The notes: a model not told the origin generated them from the sequence alone. Positions 55,023 to 63,923 are shown, counted from the first letter of the stretch. The stretch is DNA of 64,000 nucleotides from Candidatus Iainarchaeum sp. (GCA_028686985.1 JAQUBA010000002.1:20745-84744), one strand, 5' to 3'. A program made the numbers and translations.

Positions 55023-55379
55023 CTATTTTTTCTTTATCGCCATCAGCGGGAGCAGCGCACATTTTAATCTTGAGGGGTTTTTTGAGAGGTCCAGCCCAAG
55101 CAGTTCCATCATTTTTTCCTTCCCAAGCCCCTTCATCTCCTCCATCGTCCTCCCCTTCGCATAATCCGCAAGCAGGGATGCGGAGGCGATGCTTATGGCA
55201 CATCCTTCGCCCGTAAAAGAAGCATCAGCAACCCTCCCATTCCTGATTTTCAAAAATATCCTCACCCTGTCCCCGCAGACCGGGTTCTCGCCCTCTGCAA
55301 CCACGTCCGCGTCCTCCATCTCCCCGCGGTTGGGCGCATTCTTCCAAATCTCCATTATCCTGGAATAGTCCACGCTCAT
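55023..55379 (-). CDS. sufU: Fe-S cluster scaffold protein SufU/IscU-like (NifU N-terminal domain)
   Basis: 118 aa; NPVCGDRVRIFLKI, GEGCAIS, CALLP cysteine ligands; 4-bp overlap with sufS. Confidence 0.8.
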   Translation of the reverse strand: MSVDYSRIMEIWKNAPNRGEMEDADVVAEGENPVCGDRVRIFLKIRNGRVADASFTGEGCAISIASASLLADYAKGRTMEEMKGLGKEKMMELLGLDLSKNPSRLKCALLPLMAIKKK

Positions 55380-56575
55380 GCAAAGACCTTCTTTACCTTC
55401 CTTATGCCTTCCACCAGCCGGTCCACCTCCTCCTTTGTATTGTACAGATGGAAACTGGCCCGTGCGGAACTCTCCAACCCCAACCTGTCGTGCAGAGGCT
55501 GCGCGCAGTGGTGGCCGCTCCTTATCTCTATCCCGTCCTCGTCCAGGATGGTTGCCACATCGTGCGGATGCACGCCCGGAACGTTGAAGGAAACAAGGCC
55601 GGTCCGCTTGCGCGCGTCCAACGGCCCGTATATTGAAACCTCGCCCTTCATTTTCGCAATCGCATATGTAATCAATTCAACCTCGTGCTTCCTTATCTCC
55701 TCCATCCCCACCCTGTTCAAATAATCTATCGCAGCCCCAAGCCCAATCGCCCCTTCTATATTGGGCGTGCCCGCCTCAAACTTGTGCGGAAGCTCGTTCC
55801 ATTTTGAGCCCTCCTTCTTCACCTCAAGTATCATGTCCCCGCCATAAAGGAACGGCCCCATTTTCTCCAGCAATTCTTTCCGCCCATACAAAACCCCTAT
55901 CCCCGTGGGCGCGAGCATCTTGTGCCCGGTGAATGCGAGGAAGTCGCAGCCCATCCTCTTCACATCAACCGGCATGTGGGGGACGCTCTGGGAGGCGTCT
56001 ATCACCGCAACACCGCCGCCCTCGTGCGCGACCCTGCAAATCCCCTCCGCATCGTTTATCGTCCCGAGCACATTTGAGGCGTGCAGAATGGATACTATCT
56101 TTGAGCCGGATGCCTTCTCCAGCTCCGCCAGTTCCCCGTCCCCGTCAATATCCACGAATTCCAGCTTCGCCTTCTTTTTCTTGGCAAGGAACTGCCACGG
56201 CACGAAGTTGGAATGGTGCTCCATTATGGAAATGGAAACCCTGTCACCCGCATCCACGTTCGCCATTCCGTAGGAATACATCACTAAATTCAGGGCTTCG
56301 GACGCATTCTTCACAAAAATGATTTCCTCCTCGCTCGCATTGATGAACTCCGCCACTTTCCTGCGCGCATCCTCGTACGCAATTGTGGATTCCTCGCTCA
56401 GCTTATGGACTCCGCGATGTACATTTGCATTATACTCGGAATAGTAGCGCACAATCGCATCAATCACCTGGCGCGGCTTCTGGCTCGTCGCCCCGTTGTC
56501 CAAATAAGCGATCTTTTTCCCGTTCACAACCCTTTCCAGAATCGGAAAATCCTTTCTTATCTTCCCAACATCCAT
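55376..56575 (-). CDS. sufS: Cysteine desulfurase (class V aminotransferase, SufS/NifS)
   Basis: 399 aa; PLP-Lys motif FTGHKMLAPTGIGVLYG, catalytic Cys loop HHCAQPL. Confidence 0.85.
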   Translation of the reverse strand: MDVGKIRKDFPILERVVNGKKIAYLDNGATSQKPRQVIDAIVRYYSEYNANVHRGVHKLSEESTIAYEDARRKVAEFINASEEEIIFVKNASEALNLVMYSYGMANVDAGDRVSISIMEHHSNFVPWQFLAKKKKAKLEFVDIDGDGELAELEKASGSKIVSILHASNVLGTINDAEGICRVAHEGGGVAVIDASQSVPHMPVDVKRMGCDFLAFTGHKMLAPTGIGVLYGRKELLEKMGPFLYGGDMILEVKKEGSKWNELPHKFEAGTPNIEGAIGLGAAIDYLNRVGMEEIRKHEVELITYAIAKMKGEVSIYGPLDARKRTGLVSFNVPGVHPHDVATILDEDGIEIRSGHHCAQPLHDRLGLESSARASFHLYNTKEEVDRLVEGIRKVKKVFA

Positions 56576-57301
56576 TCAAACCGCCTTGTACCCTTCCTTC
56601 TCTATCCTCTTCACGAGCGCAGGCCCGTCCATCTTCACAATCTTCCCGCCCTTCATCACCATGACGAAATCCGGCTTCACATATTTGAGCATGCGGCTGT
56701 AATGCGTAACAATGAGGAAAGTCCGTTCCCCGCCCTTCATCCTGTTTATCGCCTTGGCGACCGCCTTCAGCGCATCAACGTCCAATCCCGAATCAATCTC
56801 GTCCAGCAACACCAATTTTGGCTGCAGGACCTCCATCTGCACAATCTCCGCCTTCTTCTTCTCCCCCCCGGAAAACCCGACGTTCAAATCCCTCTTACCC
56901 GCGTCCAGCCCGAGCCTTCCGCCCGCATCCTCCACCTTCCCCTTCACGAGCGCCCAGTTCCGTATCTCTTCCTTCTTGTCCGCGGGCTTCGCCGCCTTCC
57001 GCATCAGCCCCTCCAGCTCCACCCCCTCTATCTCCTCAGGGTTCTGGAAGCTCATGAACATCCCAAGCCGCGCCCGTTCGTCCGCGGAAATAGGGATTAT
57101 GTCCCTGCCGTCCAATATTATCTTCCCCTTTGAGACATAATCAGGATTTCCCATCAATGCGTTGCAGAGGGAGCTCTTCCCGCTCCCGTTCGGGCCCATT
57201 ATGGCGTAGATTTTGCCTTTTTCAAGGGAAAAAGATACGCCCCCCACTATTTCCCTGCCCGCAACGGAAACGTGCAAATCTTCAACGCGCAGCATGGTCA
57301 T
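56576..57301 (-). CDS. sufC: Fe-S cluster assembly ATPase SufC
   Basis: 241 aa ABC ATPase; Walker A MGPNGSGKSS, ABC signature FSGGEKKKAEI, LLDEIDSGLD. Confidence 0.88.
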   Translation of the reverse strand: MTMLRVEDLHVSVAGREIVGGVSFSLEKGKIYAIMGPNGSGKSSLCNALMGNPDYVSKGKIILDGRDIIPISADERARLGMFMSFQNPEEIEGVELEGLMRKAAKPADKKEEIRNWALVKGKVEDAGGRLGLDAGKRDLNVGFSGGEKKKAEIVQMEVLQPKLVLLDEIDSGLDVDALKAVAKAINRMKGGERTFLIVTHYSRMLKYVKPDFVMVMKGGKIVKMDGPALVKRIEKEGYKAV

Positions 57302-57732
57302 ATCACTTTTTCCTCCAGTGAAATCGGGCAGAAATCCCTCACGCCCTTCATCTTCCCTATGTGTGCAATCACGCCATTCACAACCCCCGCCGGCCCGACC
57401 AATTCTATTCCAATCCCGTAAGGCCCCGTGGCCTGGTAGACTGCAGTGACCGTGTGCATCTTCTTCACCGATTCAATAATCGCAAGGTAATTCCTCCTGT
57501 CCGCATTGAGAACGACCAGCGCCCTCTTCCAGCCTATCATCCTCTCATTCAGCAGGACGGTGCTCCCCACGATTATCCCCTTTGATTTCAGCTTCTCTAT
57601 CCTCTTCTGCGCCGCGGGCTGGCTCATGCCCAGCTCCTTCGCTATTCTGGAAAGCGACATCCTGGAATCCTTCAGGAGCATATGCAATATCCTGAGGTCC
57701 GATCGGTCCATCATGTTTATTTTATTAACCAT
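57298..57732 (-). CDS. lrp: Lrp/AsnC-family transcriptional regulator heading the sufCSU operon
   Basis: 144 aa; N-terminal HTH LDRSDLRILHMLLKDSRMSLSRIAKELGMSQPAAQKRIEKL, C-terminal RAM domain; 4-bp overlap with sufC start. Confidence 0.8.
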   Translation of the reverse strand: MVNKINMMDRSDLRILHMLLKDSRMSLSRIAKELGMSQPAAQKRIEKLKSKGIIVGSTVLLNERMIGWKRALVVLNADRRNYLAIIESVKKMHTVTAVYQATGPYGIGIELVGPAGVVNGVIAHIGKMKGVRDFCPISLEEKVI

Positions 57733-57767
57733 AATGGTTTAAAAATATAACCTATTCAAGATTACGC
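57733..57767. promoter_or_regulatory. Divergent TA-rich 35-bp intergenic (ggtttaaaaatataacc) between lrp-sufCSU and sufB
   Basis: Near-palindromic TTTAAAAATATAA between divergent start codons; plausible shared TATA/BRE and Lrp operator. Confidence 0.4.
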
Positions 57768-59084
57768 ATGGAGCTTAGCGCCGGTGTTGTAAATCACATC
57801 TCATCCGCGAAAAAGGAGCCGGAATGTATGCTCAAAAGGCGGATGGACGCATACCGCCTATTCTCAGAAATGCCCATGCCTAAGTTCGGGCCCAGCCTCG
57901 CCCCCATGAAGCTGGATGAAATAGAATGGTACTCGGAAGGCACCGGGAAAAAGAGGGACTGGGGGGAGGTGGACCCGGCGATAAGGGAGAAATTCGAGAA
58001 ATTGGGCGTGCCGGAAGCCGAGAGGAAGTTCCTCGCCGGATTGGAAGCACAATTAGAATCAGAAGCGGTCTATGGAAATTTGAAGAAGGAGTGGGAAAGC
58101 AAAGGCGTAATATTCACTAATATGGACGAAGCGCTGCAGAAGCATCCTGAATTGGTAAAAAGATACCTGGGGAAAGCAATCCCCCCATCGGACAACAAGT
58201 TTGCGGCGCTCACGGATGCCGTATGGAGCGGCGGCTCTTTCTTGTATGTGCCGCGCGGCGTTAAGCTGGATGCCCCCCTGCACGCATATTTCATGATTTC
58301 CAAGGAAGGAATCGGGCAGTTTGAGAGGACAGTGATCATTGCGGAGGAGGGCAGCTCCGTTCATTATGTGGAAGGTTGTAGTGCGCCTCTTTTCCCGCGC
58401 AGTAACTTACATACGGGCGTCGTAGAGATTTTCGCGGAAAAAAATGCGCACGTCCGTTATACCACCCTCCAAAATTGGTCGCACAATGTCTATAACCTGG
58501 TCACGCAGAGGGGGATTGCAAAGGAGAATGCAACGATAGAGTGGATAGATGGGAACATGGGCTCCCTTACCACTATGAAATATCCGACCGTGATACTCGC
58601 GGGCGAGGGCGCGAAGGGGAGCGTCCTCTCAGTCTCCGTGGCTTCTGGAAAGCAGAACCAGGATTCCGGCGGGAAAGTGGTGCATCTCGCGCCCAATACC
58701 TCTTCCACCATTATTTCCAAATCCGTAAGCTCAAAGGGCGGGGTGGCGACCTTCCGCGCCTCTGTGGACATAAAGCCCGAGGCAAAAAATTCCAATTCCT
58801 TCGTGAAATGCCAGGGCCTGATGCTGGACGGGATTTCCAAGAACAATTCCATCCCCAAATTCCTTGTGGGTAACGGGGATTCCTTCGTATCCCACGAGGC
58901 GAGCGCGGGCAGGATTAGCGAGAAGAAATTGTTTTATCTGATGAGCCGGGGATTGAGCAGGAAAGAGGCGGAGGAATTGCTCGTTGTAGGATTTTTGGAA
59001 TCCTTCCTGAAGGAATTGCCTTTTGAGTATGCGGTGGAGTTCAACCGCCTGCTGCAGATGGAGATAGGAACGCAGGCGATATAG
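57768..59084 (+). CDS. sufB: Fe-S cluster assembly protein SufB/SufD family (single copy, divergent from lrp-sufCSU)
   Basis: 438 aa; conserved SufBD C-terminal beta-helix region (GAKGSVLSVSVASGKQNQDSGGKVVHLAPNTSS...); start may be downstream Met. Confidence 0.75.
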   Translation: MELSAGVVNHISSAKKEPECMLKRRMDAYRLFSEMPMPKFGPSLAPMKLDEIEWYSEGTGKKRDWGEVDPAIREKFEKLGVPEAERKFLAGLEAQLESEAVYGNLKKEWESKGVIFTNMDEALQKHPELVKRYLGKAIPPSDNKFAALTDAVWSGGSFLYVPRGVKLDAPLHAYFMISKEGIGQFERTVIIAEEGSSVHYVEGCSAPLFPRSNLHTGVVEIFAEKNAHVRYTTLQNWSHNVYNLVTQRGIAKENATIEWIDGNMGSLTTMKYPTVILAGEGAKGSVLSVSVASGKQNQDSGGKVVHLAPNTSSTIISKSVSSKGGVATFRASVDIKPEAKNSNSFVKCQGLMLDGISKNNSIPKFLVGNGDSFVSHEASAGRISEKKLFYLMSRGLSRKEAEELLVVGFLESFLKELPFEYAVEFNRLLQMEIGTQAI

Positions 59085-59089
59085 GTCAT

Positions 59090-59344
59090 CTACTGGAAAG
59101 CCTTGACCTCCCAGATGTACTTGTTCCGGGTGGAAACCGGCTCAACCGAAACCCTCAGCTTGTGCCCGTTTTCCTTCAAATAGTCGCCCAGCCGCTGGAG
59201 CGCTGCATTGTCAATTTCGTCCGTATTGACCCAGGAGCAGGATTTCTTCGTGACTATGCAGTCTGCGAGCGCCTCGGCGTCCGTTTCGGACAGCCCCATC
59301 TCCTTAAGCTTGTCCCGTATCTCGCCCATGCGCCGGATTTGCAC
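59090..59344 (-). CDS. Small hypothetical protein
   Basis: 84 aa, coding-like; no family assigned. Confidence 0.35.
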   Translation of the reverse strand: MQIRRMGEIRDKLKEMGLSETDAEALADCIVTKKSCSWVNTDEIDNAALQRLGDYLKENGHKLRVSVEPVSTRNKYIWEVKAFQ

Positions 59345-59473
59345 TTAAACCCTTATAATGATTGCGCACCGCCGACCCCGCCGTGTTTTAAAACCTTTCC
59401 CACGTAAATAACTCTGCTCTTTCAAGTCCCTTAAACGGGGCGAGCCGCGCAATGCGGCGAGAAAGGTGTTTAT
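59345..59473. promoter_or_regulatory. Promoter region upstream of ribosomal-protein cluster (TATA-like cccttataatg; palindromes gttttaaaac and GCCGCGCAATGCGGC)
   Basis: 129-bp non-coding stretch with TATA-like box and inverted repeats preceding rpl18e. Confidence 0.35.
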
Positions 59474-59821
59474 ATGGAAAAAGGACCTGAGAACAAGCGC
59501 CTGCTTGAGCTCGTGACGCAGCTCATGAAGGCGAACAAAGGGATATGGAGGAAGGCGGCGGACGAGCTTTCCAGGCCCACGCGCAGGAGGCGCGAGGTCA
59601 ACGTGAGCAAGATTAACAAATACGCGAAGGAAGGCTCCGTGGTGCTCGTGCCGGGCAAGGTCCTTGGCTCAGGCTTCATCGCGAAGAAGGTAACGGTGGC
59701 CGCGTTCAACTTCAGCGGCACCGCGAGGGCGCTCATAGAGAAGAGCGGCGGCCGCGCGATAGGCATTGACCGGCTCATGGCGGAGAACCCGCAGGGCAAG
59801 GACGTCGTAATCCTGGTGTAG
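59474..59821 (+). CDS. rpl18e: 50S ribosomal protein L18e (eL18)
   Basis: 115 aa; typical length/composition, NKRLLELVTQL..., conserved VLVPGKVLGSG. Confidence 0.8.
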   Translation: MEKGPENKRLLELVTQLMKANKGIWRKAADELSRPTRRRREVNVSKINKYAKEGSVVLVPGKVLGSGFIAKKVTVAAFNFSGTARALIEKSGGRAIGIDRLMAENPQGKDVVILV

Positions 59822-59830
59822 GTGATTTTC

Positions 59831-60250
59831 ATGGTCGTCATAAACGCTGAAAACGCAAGGGTCGGGAGGCTCGCGACGCACGTCACGAAGGAGCTCCTGA
59901 AGGGGAACGAGGTTCACATAATCAACGCCGAGAAGGCGATAATCTCCGGAAACCCGAAGGACATACATGCGAAGTACCTTGAGAAGAGGTCCTTCCAGTA
60001 CAAGGGAGAACCGTCCAAGTCCCCGAAGTGGCCGAAGGTGCCGCACCTCTTTGTGAGGAGGCTCATCAGGGGGATGCTGCCGCGCAAGAAGGCGAAGGGC
60101 AGGGCCGCCTACAAGAAGCTCAAGGTTTATGCCGGTGCGCCCGAGACCGTAAAGGGCGAGGTAAAAGTGATAAAGGAGGCGGACAAGGGGGCGCTGAACA
60201 AGTACATCAGCATCAGGGAGCTGTGCAGGCTGCTCGGCCACCAGGAGTGA
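59831..60250 (+). CDS. rpl13: 50S ribosomal protein L13 (uL13)
   Basis: MVVINAENARVGRLATHVTKELLKGNEVHIINAEKAIISG matches uL13 N-terminus; 139 aa. Confidence 0.85.
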   Translation: MVVINAENARVGRLATHVTKELLKGNEVHIINAEKAIISGNPKDIHAKYLEKRSFQYKGEPSKSPKWPKVPHLFVRRLIRGMLPRKKAKGRAAYKKLKVYAGAPETVKGEVKVIKEADKGALNKYISIRELCRLLGHQE

Positions 60251-60900
60251 TGATTATGGCGGAAGAGAAGAAGGAAAAGCAGAAGGAAAAGAAGGCAAAG
60301 CCGACCGAGGAAAAAAAAGAGGCAAAGCCTGAAGCCCACGTGCCGAAGCCGGCGGAAAAGCCGGCGCAGGCGCCCAAGCCCGCGGAGGCGAAGCCGCACT
60401 CTGCGCAGGCAGAGGCAAAGCCGCATGCGGCGCCTGCAGAGGCGAAGCACGCCGCTCCGCCCGAGAAGCCGGGGAAGAAATCCAAGAAGCCCCGCAAGAA
60501 GGCGAGCAAGGTGGAGGTCGCCAGGGGCAAGAGGAAGACCTCGGTCGCGAGGGCCTCGGTGAAGGAAGGCAGCGGCCGCATACGCGTAAACAGCCTGCTC
60601 AGCAGCGCAATCCACAACAGGTACATACGGGACATGATAGAGGAGCCGCTCAGGGTGGCAGGCCCCGAGGGCAACAAGGTGGACGTGGACGTGAGCATGT
60701 ACGGAGGCGGCGAGATGGGCCAGGCGCAGGCGGCAAGGACCGCAATCGCGCGTGCGCTCGCCAAGTATTTCGGCGAGGGGCTCAAGAACACTTACGACGA
60801 AGCGGACAAATATTTCCTGTGCGAGGACCCGAGAAGGGTGGAACCCAAGAAATACAAGGGAAGGAAGGCGAGGGCAAGGTTCCAGAAATCCTATAGGTGA
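60250..60900 (+). CDS. rps9: 30S ribosomal protein S9 (uS9) with ~85-aa K/A/P/E-rich N-terminal extension
   Basis: C-terminal 130 aa canonical uS9 (GKRKTSVARASVKEGSGRIRVN...GGGEMGQAQAARTAIARAL...KARARFQKSYR); start overlaps rpl13 stop; extension encoded by tandem ~24-nt repeats. Confidence 0.85.
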   Translation: MIMAEEKKEKQKEKKAKPTEEKKEAKPEAHVPKPAEKPAQAPKPAEAKPHSAQAEAKPHAAPAEAKHAAPPEKPGKKSKKPRKKASKVEVARGKRKTSVARASVKEGSGRIRVNSLLSSAIHNRYIRDMIEEPLRVAGPEGNKVDVDVSMYGGGEMGQAQAARTAIARALAKYFGEGLKNTYDEADKYFLCEDPRRVEPKKYKGRKARARFQKSYR

Positions 60901-60904
60901 ACTG

Positions 60905-61099
60905 ATGGAATTTCCGGTGAGGTGTTTCAGCTGCGGTGCGGTTATCGGGCACCTTTACGAGGAGTACAAGAAGGGCATTGAGACGGGCTCCGCCGAGCAG
61001 GTGCTCAACAGCATGGGCATAGAAAGGTACTGCTGCAGGCGGATGTTCGTGAGCCACGTGGAGGGAATGGACCTCATAAAGAAATACAAGAAGCTCTGA
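60905..61099 (+). CDS. rpoN: DNA-directed RNA polymerase subunit N (Rpo10/RpoN)
   Basis: 64 aa; MEFPVRCFSCGAVIGHLYEEY...RYCCRRMFVSHV zinc motif CxxC...CC. Confidence 0.85.
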   Translation: MEFPVRCFSCGAVIGHLYEEYKKGIETGSAEQVLNSMGIERYCCRRMFVSHVEGMDLIKKYKKL

Positions 61100-61110
61100 A
61101 ACGGGCCGGC

Positions 61111-61183
61111 GGGGTCGTGAGGTAACCTGGCAACCTGCAAGCTTGGGGTGCTTGTTATCTGGGTTCAAATCCCGGCGACCCCA
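61111..61183 (+). tRNA. tRNA-Pro (anticodon GGG)
   Basis: Acceptor GGGGTCG/CGACCCC, D-arm AGGT-AACCTGGCA-ACCT, anticodon arm CAAGC-TTGGGGT-GCTTG, T-arm CTGGG-TTCAAAT-CCCGG; 73 nt, no CCA. Confidence 0.75.
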
Positions 61184-61201
61184 AAAACAATGGTGATTCG
61201 G

Positions 61202-62041
61202 ATGGAAAATGAAGAAATCAAATCGTCAATGCTGCTCGCACAGGACAAGTACCTGGAGGCGGGGGTGCACATAGGCACGAGGTTCAAGACAATTGACATG
61301 AAGCCGTTCATATTCAAGAGGAGGGACGACGGCCTTTTCATACTGGACCTCAGGAAGATAGACGAGAGGATAAGGCTCGCGGCCAAGATCCTCTCCAAAT
61401 ACAGGCCGGAGGAGGTCATGGTCGTCGCCTCCAGGCTCTACTCGGCCAACGCCGCCGGCAAGTTCGCGGCGCTCACCGGAGTGGACATAACCAAGGGCAG
61501 GTTCATCCCTGGAACGATGACCAACGTCAAGCTCCCGGTGTTCAAGGAGCCGAAGATAATGCTGGTCTGCGACCCGAAGGGTGAGCAGGAGGCGGTCAGG
61601 GAGGCCGTCAAGCTCGGAATACCGGTAATTGCACTCTGCGACTCGGACAATAATACTGCATTCATAGACTGGGTGGTCCCCACCAACAACAAGGGCCGCA
61701 AGGCGCTTGCGCTGGTGTTCTATCTCCTCGCCCGCGAGCTCATGATGGCCCAGGGCAAGATAGCGTCCTACGACCAGTTCCAGCACAGGATAGACTACTT
61801 TGAGAGGTTTGAGGACGAGAGGACCGAGGAAATCGCCAAGGAGATAGAGGCCGAGGAGGCGAAGGCGAAGGCGGACGACCTTGAGGCGGCTAAGCAGGTT
61901 TCAGAGGCCAAGGCAGCGGAAGCGGAGAAAGGGGAAGAAGGGGGGAAGAAGGCAGAAGAAAAGGCAGAGGGAAAGGAAGAGAAAGCCGAGGGGAAGGCAG
62001 AAGAGAAGAAGGAAGGGAAAAAGGAAGAGAAGGCGGAGTGA
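61202..62041 (+). CDS. rps2: 30S ribosomal protein S2 (uS2) with E/K/A-rich C-terminal extension
   Basis: N-terminus MENEEIKSSMLLAQDKYLEAGVHIGTRFKT canonical uS2; C-terminal ~70 aa of EEAKAKA/EGKEEKAEGK repeats. Confidence 0.85.
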   Translation: MENEEIKSSMLLAQDKYLEAGVHIGTRFKTIDMKPFIFKRRDDGLFILDLRKIDERIRLAAKILSKYRPEEVMVVASRLYSANAAGKFAALTGVDITKGRFIPGTMTNVKLPVFKEPKIMLVCDPKGEQEAVREAVKLGIPVIALCDSDNNTAFIDWVVPTNNKGRKALALVFYLLARELMMAQGKIASYDQFQHRIDYFERFEDERTEEIAKEIEAEEAKAKADDLEAAKQVSEAKAAEAEKGEEGGKKAEEKAEGKEEKAEGKAEEKKEGKKEEKAE

Positions 62042-62114
62042 ATCCCCGTACTTACTCCCTCCGGTTCGGGCCTTGCTGCCCCGCAGCTCTACGAGAGCTA
62101 TCCCAACCAGCCCT

Positions 62115-63269
62115 TCATATGTTTGATACGCACAGTTGCCCCATGGATGCGTCCTCCACGTATTCGCAGTAGGTCGCATCGTTCTTCTGGTCCGCGAGGT
62201 TCATGAAGCACCTGTCCTTCCATTCCTTCATTTCCACATTGTTGCAGTCCCAGAACTCCAGCTCCGGCGATGCCAGCACCACGTATGCGTAGCAGTTTGT
62301 CTGCACCACCGAGGCGTAGGGCAGGTAGTTGCATGCGGACGCCTGGTAGAACTTCCTTGCGAAGCCGTCAAAGCATAGGTTGGAGGATACCTCGGCGCGG
62401 CTGTCTATCGCCTGGCACGCGCTTACGTCCCTCATTGCTAGGGAATAGTTGCTGAGGCACTTCCACCTGTTGTTCAGCTCCAATATGTTGCACAGGTCTT
62501 TGTTCTGGTTCTCCACCGCGAAGTGGAGGAAGCACTGGTATGCGATGTCGCTCTCGTACAGGCCGTCTATGCTGTAGCAGTAATTCACGCTGTCCTTGCC
62601 GAGCGCCATCATATAATAGCATAAATTCTTGTTTGAGTCCGCCGCGAGGCCGGGGCACGGATTTGTCCCCCGTATTATGCCGACGCAGACCGCCTCCTTT
62701 ATGGTGTTCTGGATTCCCGCGCAGGCAGCGGCATCCATCGTCTCCGTCGCGAAGTCAAAGAAACACTCGTCGTCTTTGCAGTGGCTTGAGTCGTTCGTGA
62801 GGAACGCGTAGCACCTTCCCCTCTCGTTCTCGTCCGCCTCCATCGTGCACGGGGGCGACAATTCTATTATGCACGCCTGCAGCTCCTCGCCCCTGAGCAT
62901 GTCGCACACGGAAATGTCCCGCAGCGCCCTCGCGTGGTGCCACAGGCAGCCCTTTCTCACCTCATAATTGCCAAGCATCATGCAGTTCTGCAGCGAGAGG
63001 TTGGAGAGCTGCAGCAGGCACGCGTCCTGGGCCTCCATGGATACCTTGAGGCAATAATAGGCATTGCCCTCCTCCAGCGCCTTCTGCGCCCACTGCGCAT
63101 CGGTGAATTCCTCCTGGCTCGTGCTAGCCGTTCCGTTGCCGGTTTCCGCGCCTATGACGCTTATGGTCGGCCCTTCCTCCCCAGGGGAGGACGGCTGCTG
63201 CCCGTTGTCCGTGCATCCGAATAGAAGAAACAAGCTCGCCAATACCAGGAACAAATGCAAACCCCGCAT
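62115..63269 (-). CDS. Cysteine-rich secreted lipoprotein (about 38 Cys, repeated C-x-n-C modules)
   Basis: Start at MRGLHLFLVLASLFLLFGC (lipobox-like LFGC); Cys spaced regularly; S/T/G-rich linker after signal. Confidence 0.5.
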   Translation of the reverse strand: MRGLHLFLVLASLFLLFGCTDNGQQPSSPGEEGPTISVIGAETGNGTASTSQEEFTDAQWAQKALEEGNAYYCLKVSMEAQDACLLQLSNLSLQNCMMLGNYEVRKGCLWHHARALRDISVCDMLRGEELQACIIELSPPCTMEADENERGRCYAFLTNDSSHCKDDECFFDFATETMDAAACAGIQNTIKEAVCVGIIRGTNPCPGLAADSNKNLCYYMMALGKDSVNYCYSIDGLYESDIAYQCFLHFAVENQNKDLCNILELNNRWKCLSNYSLAMRDVSACQAIDSRAEVSSNLCFDGFARKFYQASACNYLPYASVVQTNCYAYVVLASPELEFWDCNNVEMKEWKDRCFMNLADQKNDATYCEYVEDASMGQLCVSNI

Positions 63270-63544
63270 GGGCGGGTTTTCTCCAAAAAAGGATATAAAC
63301 ATATGCAAATGCCGCTGGTGAACCCCCCGCAGCCCGGAGGCCCCAGCATTAGGTGCAATAATCCTTTCCCTCCCCATTCGTGGAAGGTAATAAGTATGGA
63401 AAGTTGCGTTTCTCCCTCTCCGACGTGAAATGTTCGGTATATAAATATGCTGCTACTAACTATCCTGCCCAATCAATTTGGGCTGTGGGAGGTGAGGTGG
63501 AGCCGGCTGGTTGGTCTACCATCTCACTTTCATCTTTACTCTTT

Positions 63545-63868
63545 CTAATGCGTGCCCATCGCGTTGATTAGCTCCTGCTGCAGGTCGTATCCGGCAAGCT
63601 TCAGCAGGGAGAAGATGATGAGCTTCAGCACGTAATATGCCACCATGAACAGGATGAGCACTGCCACGTACCTCATCCAGTCAGGCCTTCCTTTCATGAA
63701 ATGCACGCCATTCACCGCATTATGCATGGCACTCCAGATCTTGTCCCTGAAGAGGAGCAGCGCGCCGAAAATCAGCGCGAACAACAGGAGTATCGTGGGC
63801 GGCATGCCCCCTGCGTATAGTGCAAAGAGCATGAGTCCGATAAGGGCAGCCCTGAGCCATTGGTTCAT
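63545..63868 (-). CDS. Small hypothetical membrane protein
   Basis: 107 aa, 3 TM helices. Confidence 0.35.
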   Translation of the reverse strand: MNQWLRAALIGLMLFALYAGGMPPTILLLFALIFGALLLFRDKIWSAMHNAVNGVHFMKGRPDWMRYVAVLILFMVAYYVLKLIIFSLLKLAGYDLQQELINAMGTH

Positions 63869-63923
63869 ACGTATCTATTGCTACCATTTGCTTTTTATTT
63901 ACTATCAGTGGAATTCCATTTTA

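Noticed and set aside
59090-59344. 84-aa ORF considered as a possible RNA polymerase subunit/SRP19 given its position beside the ribosomal cluster
   Set aside because: The sequence matches neither the Rpo6/RpoK nor the SRP19 patterns I know. Kept only as a hypothetical protein.
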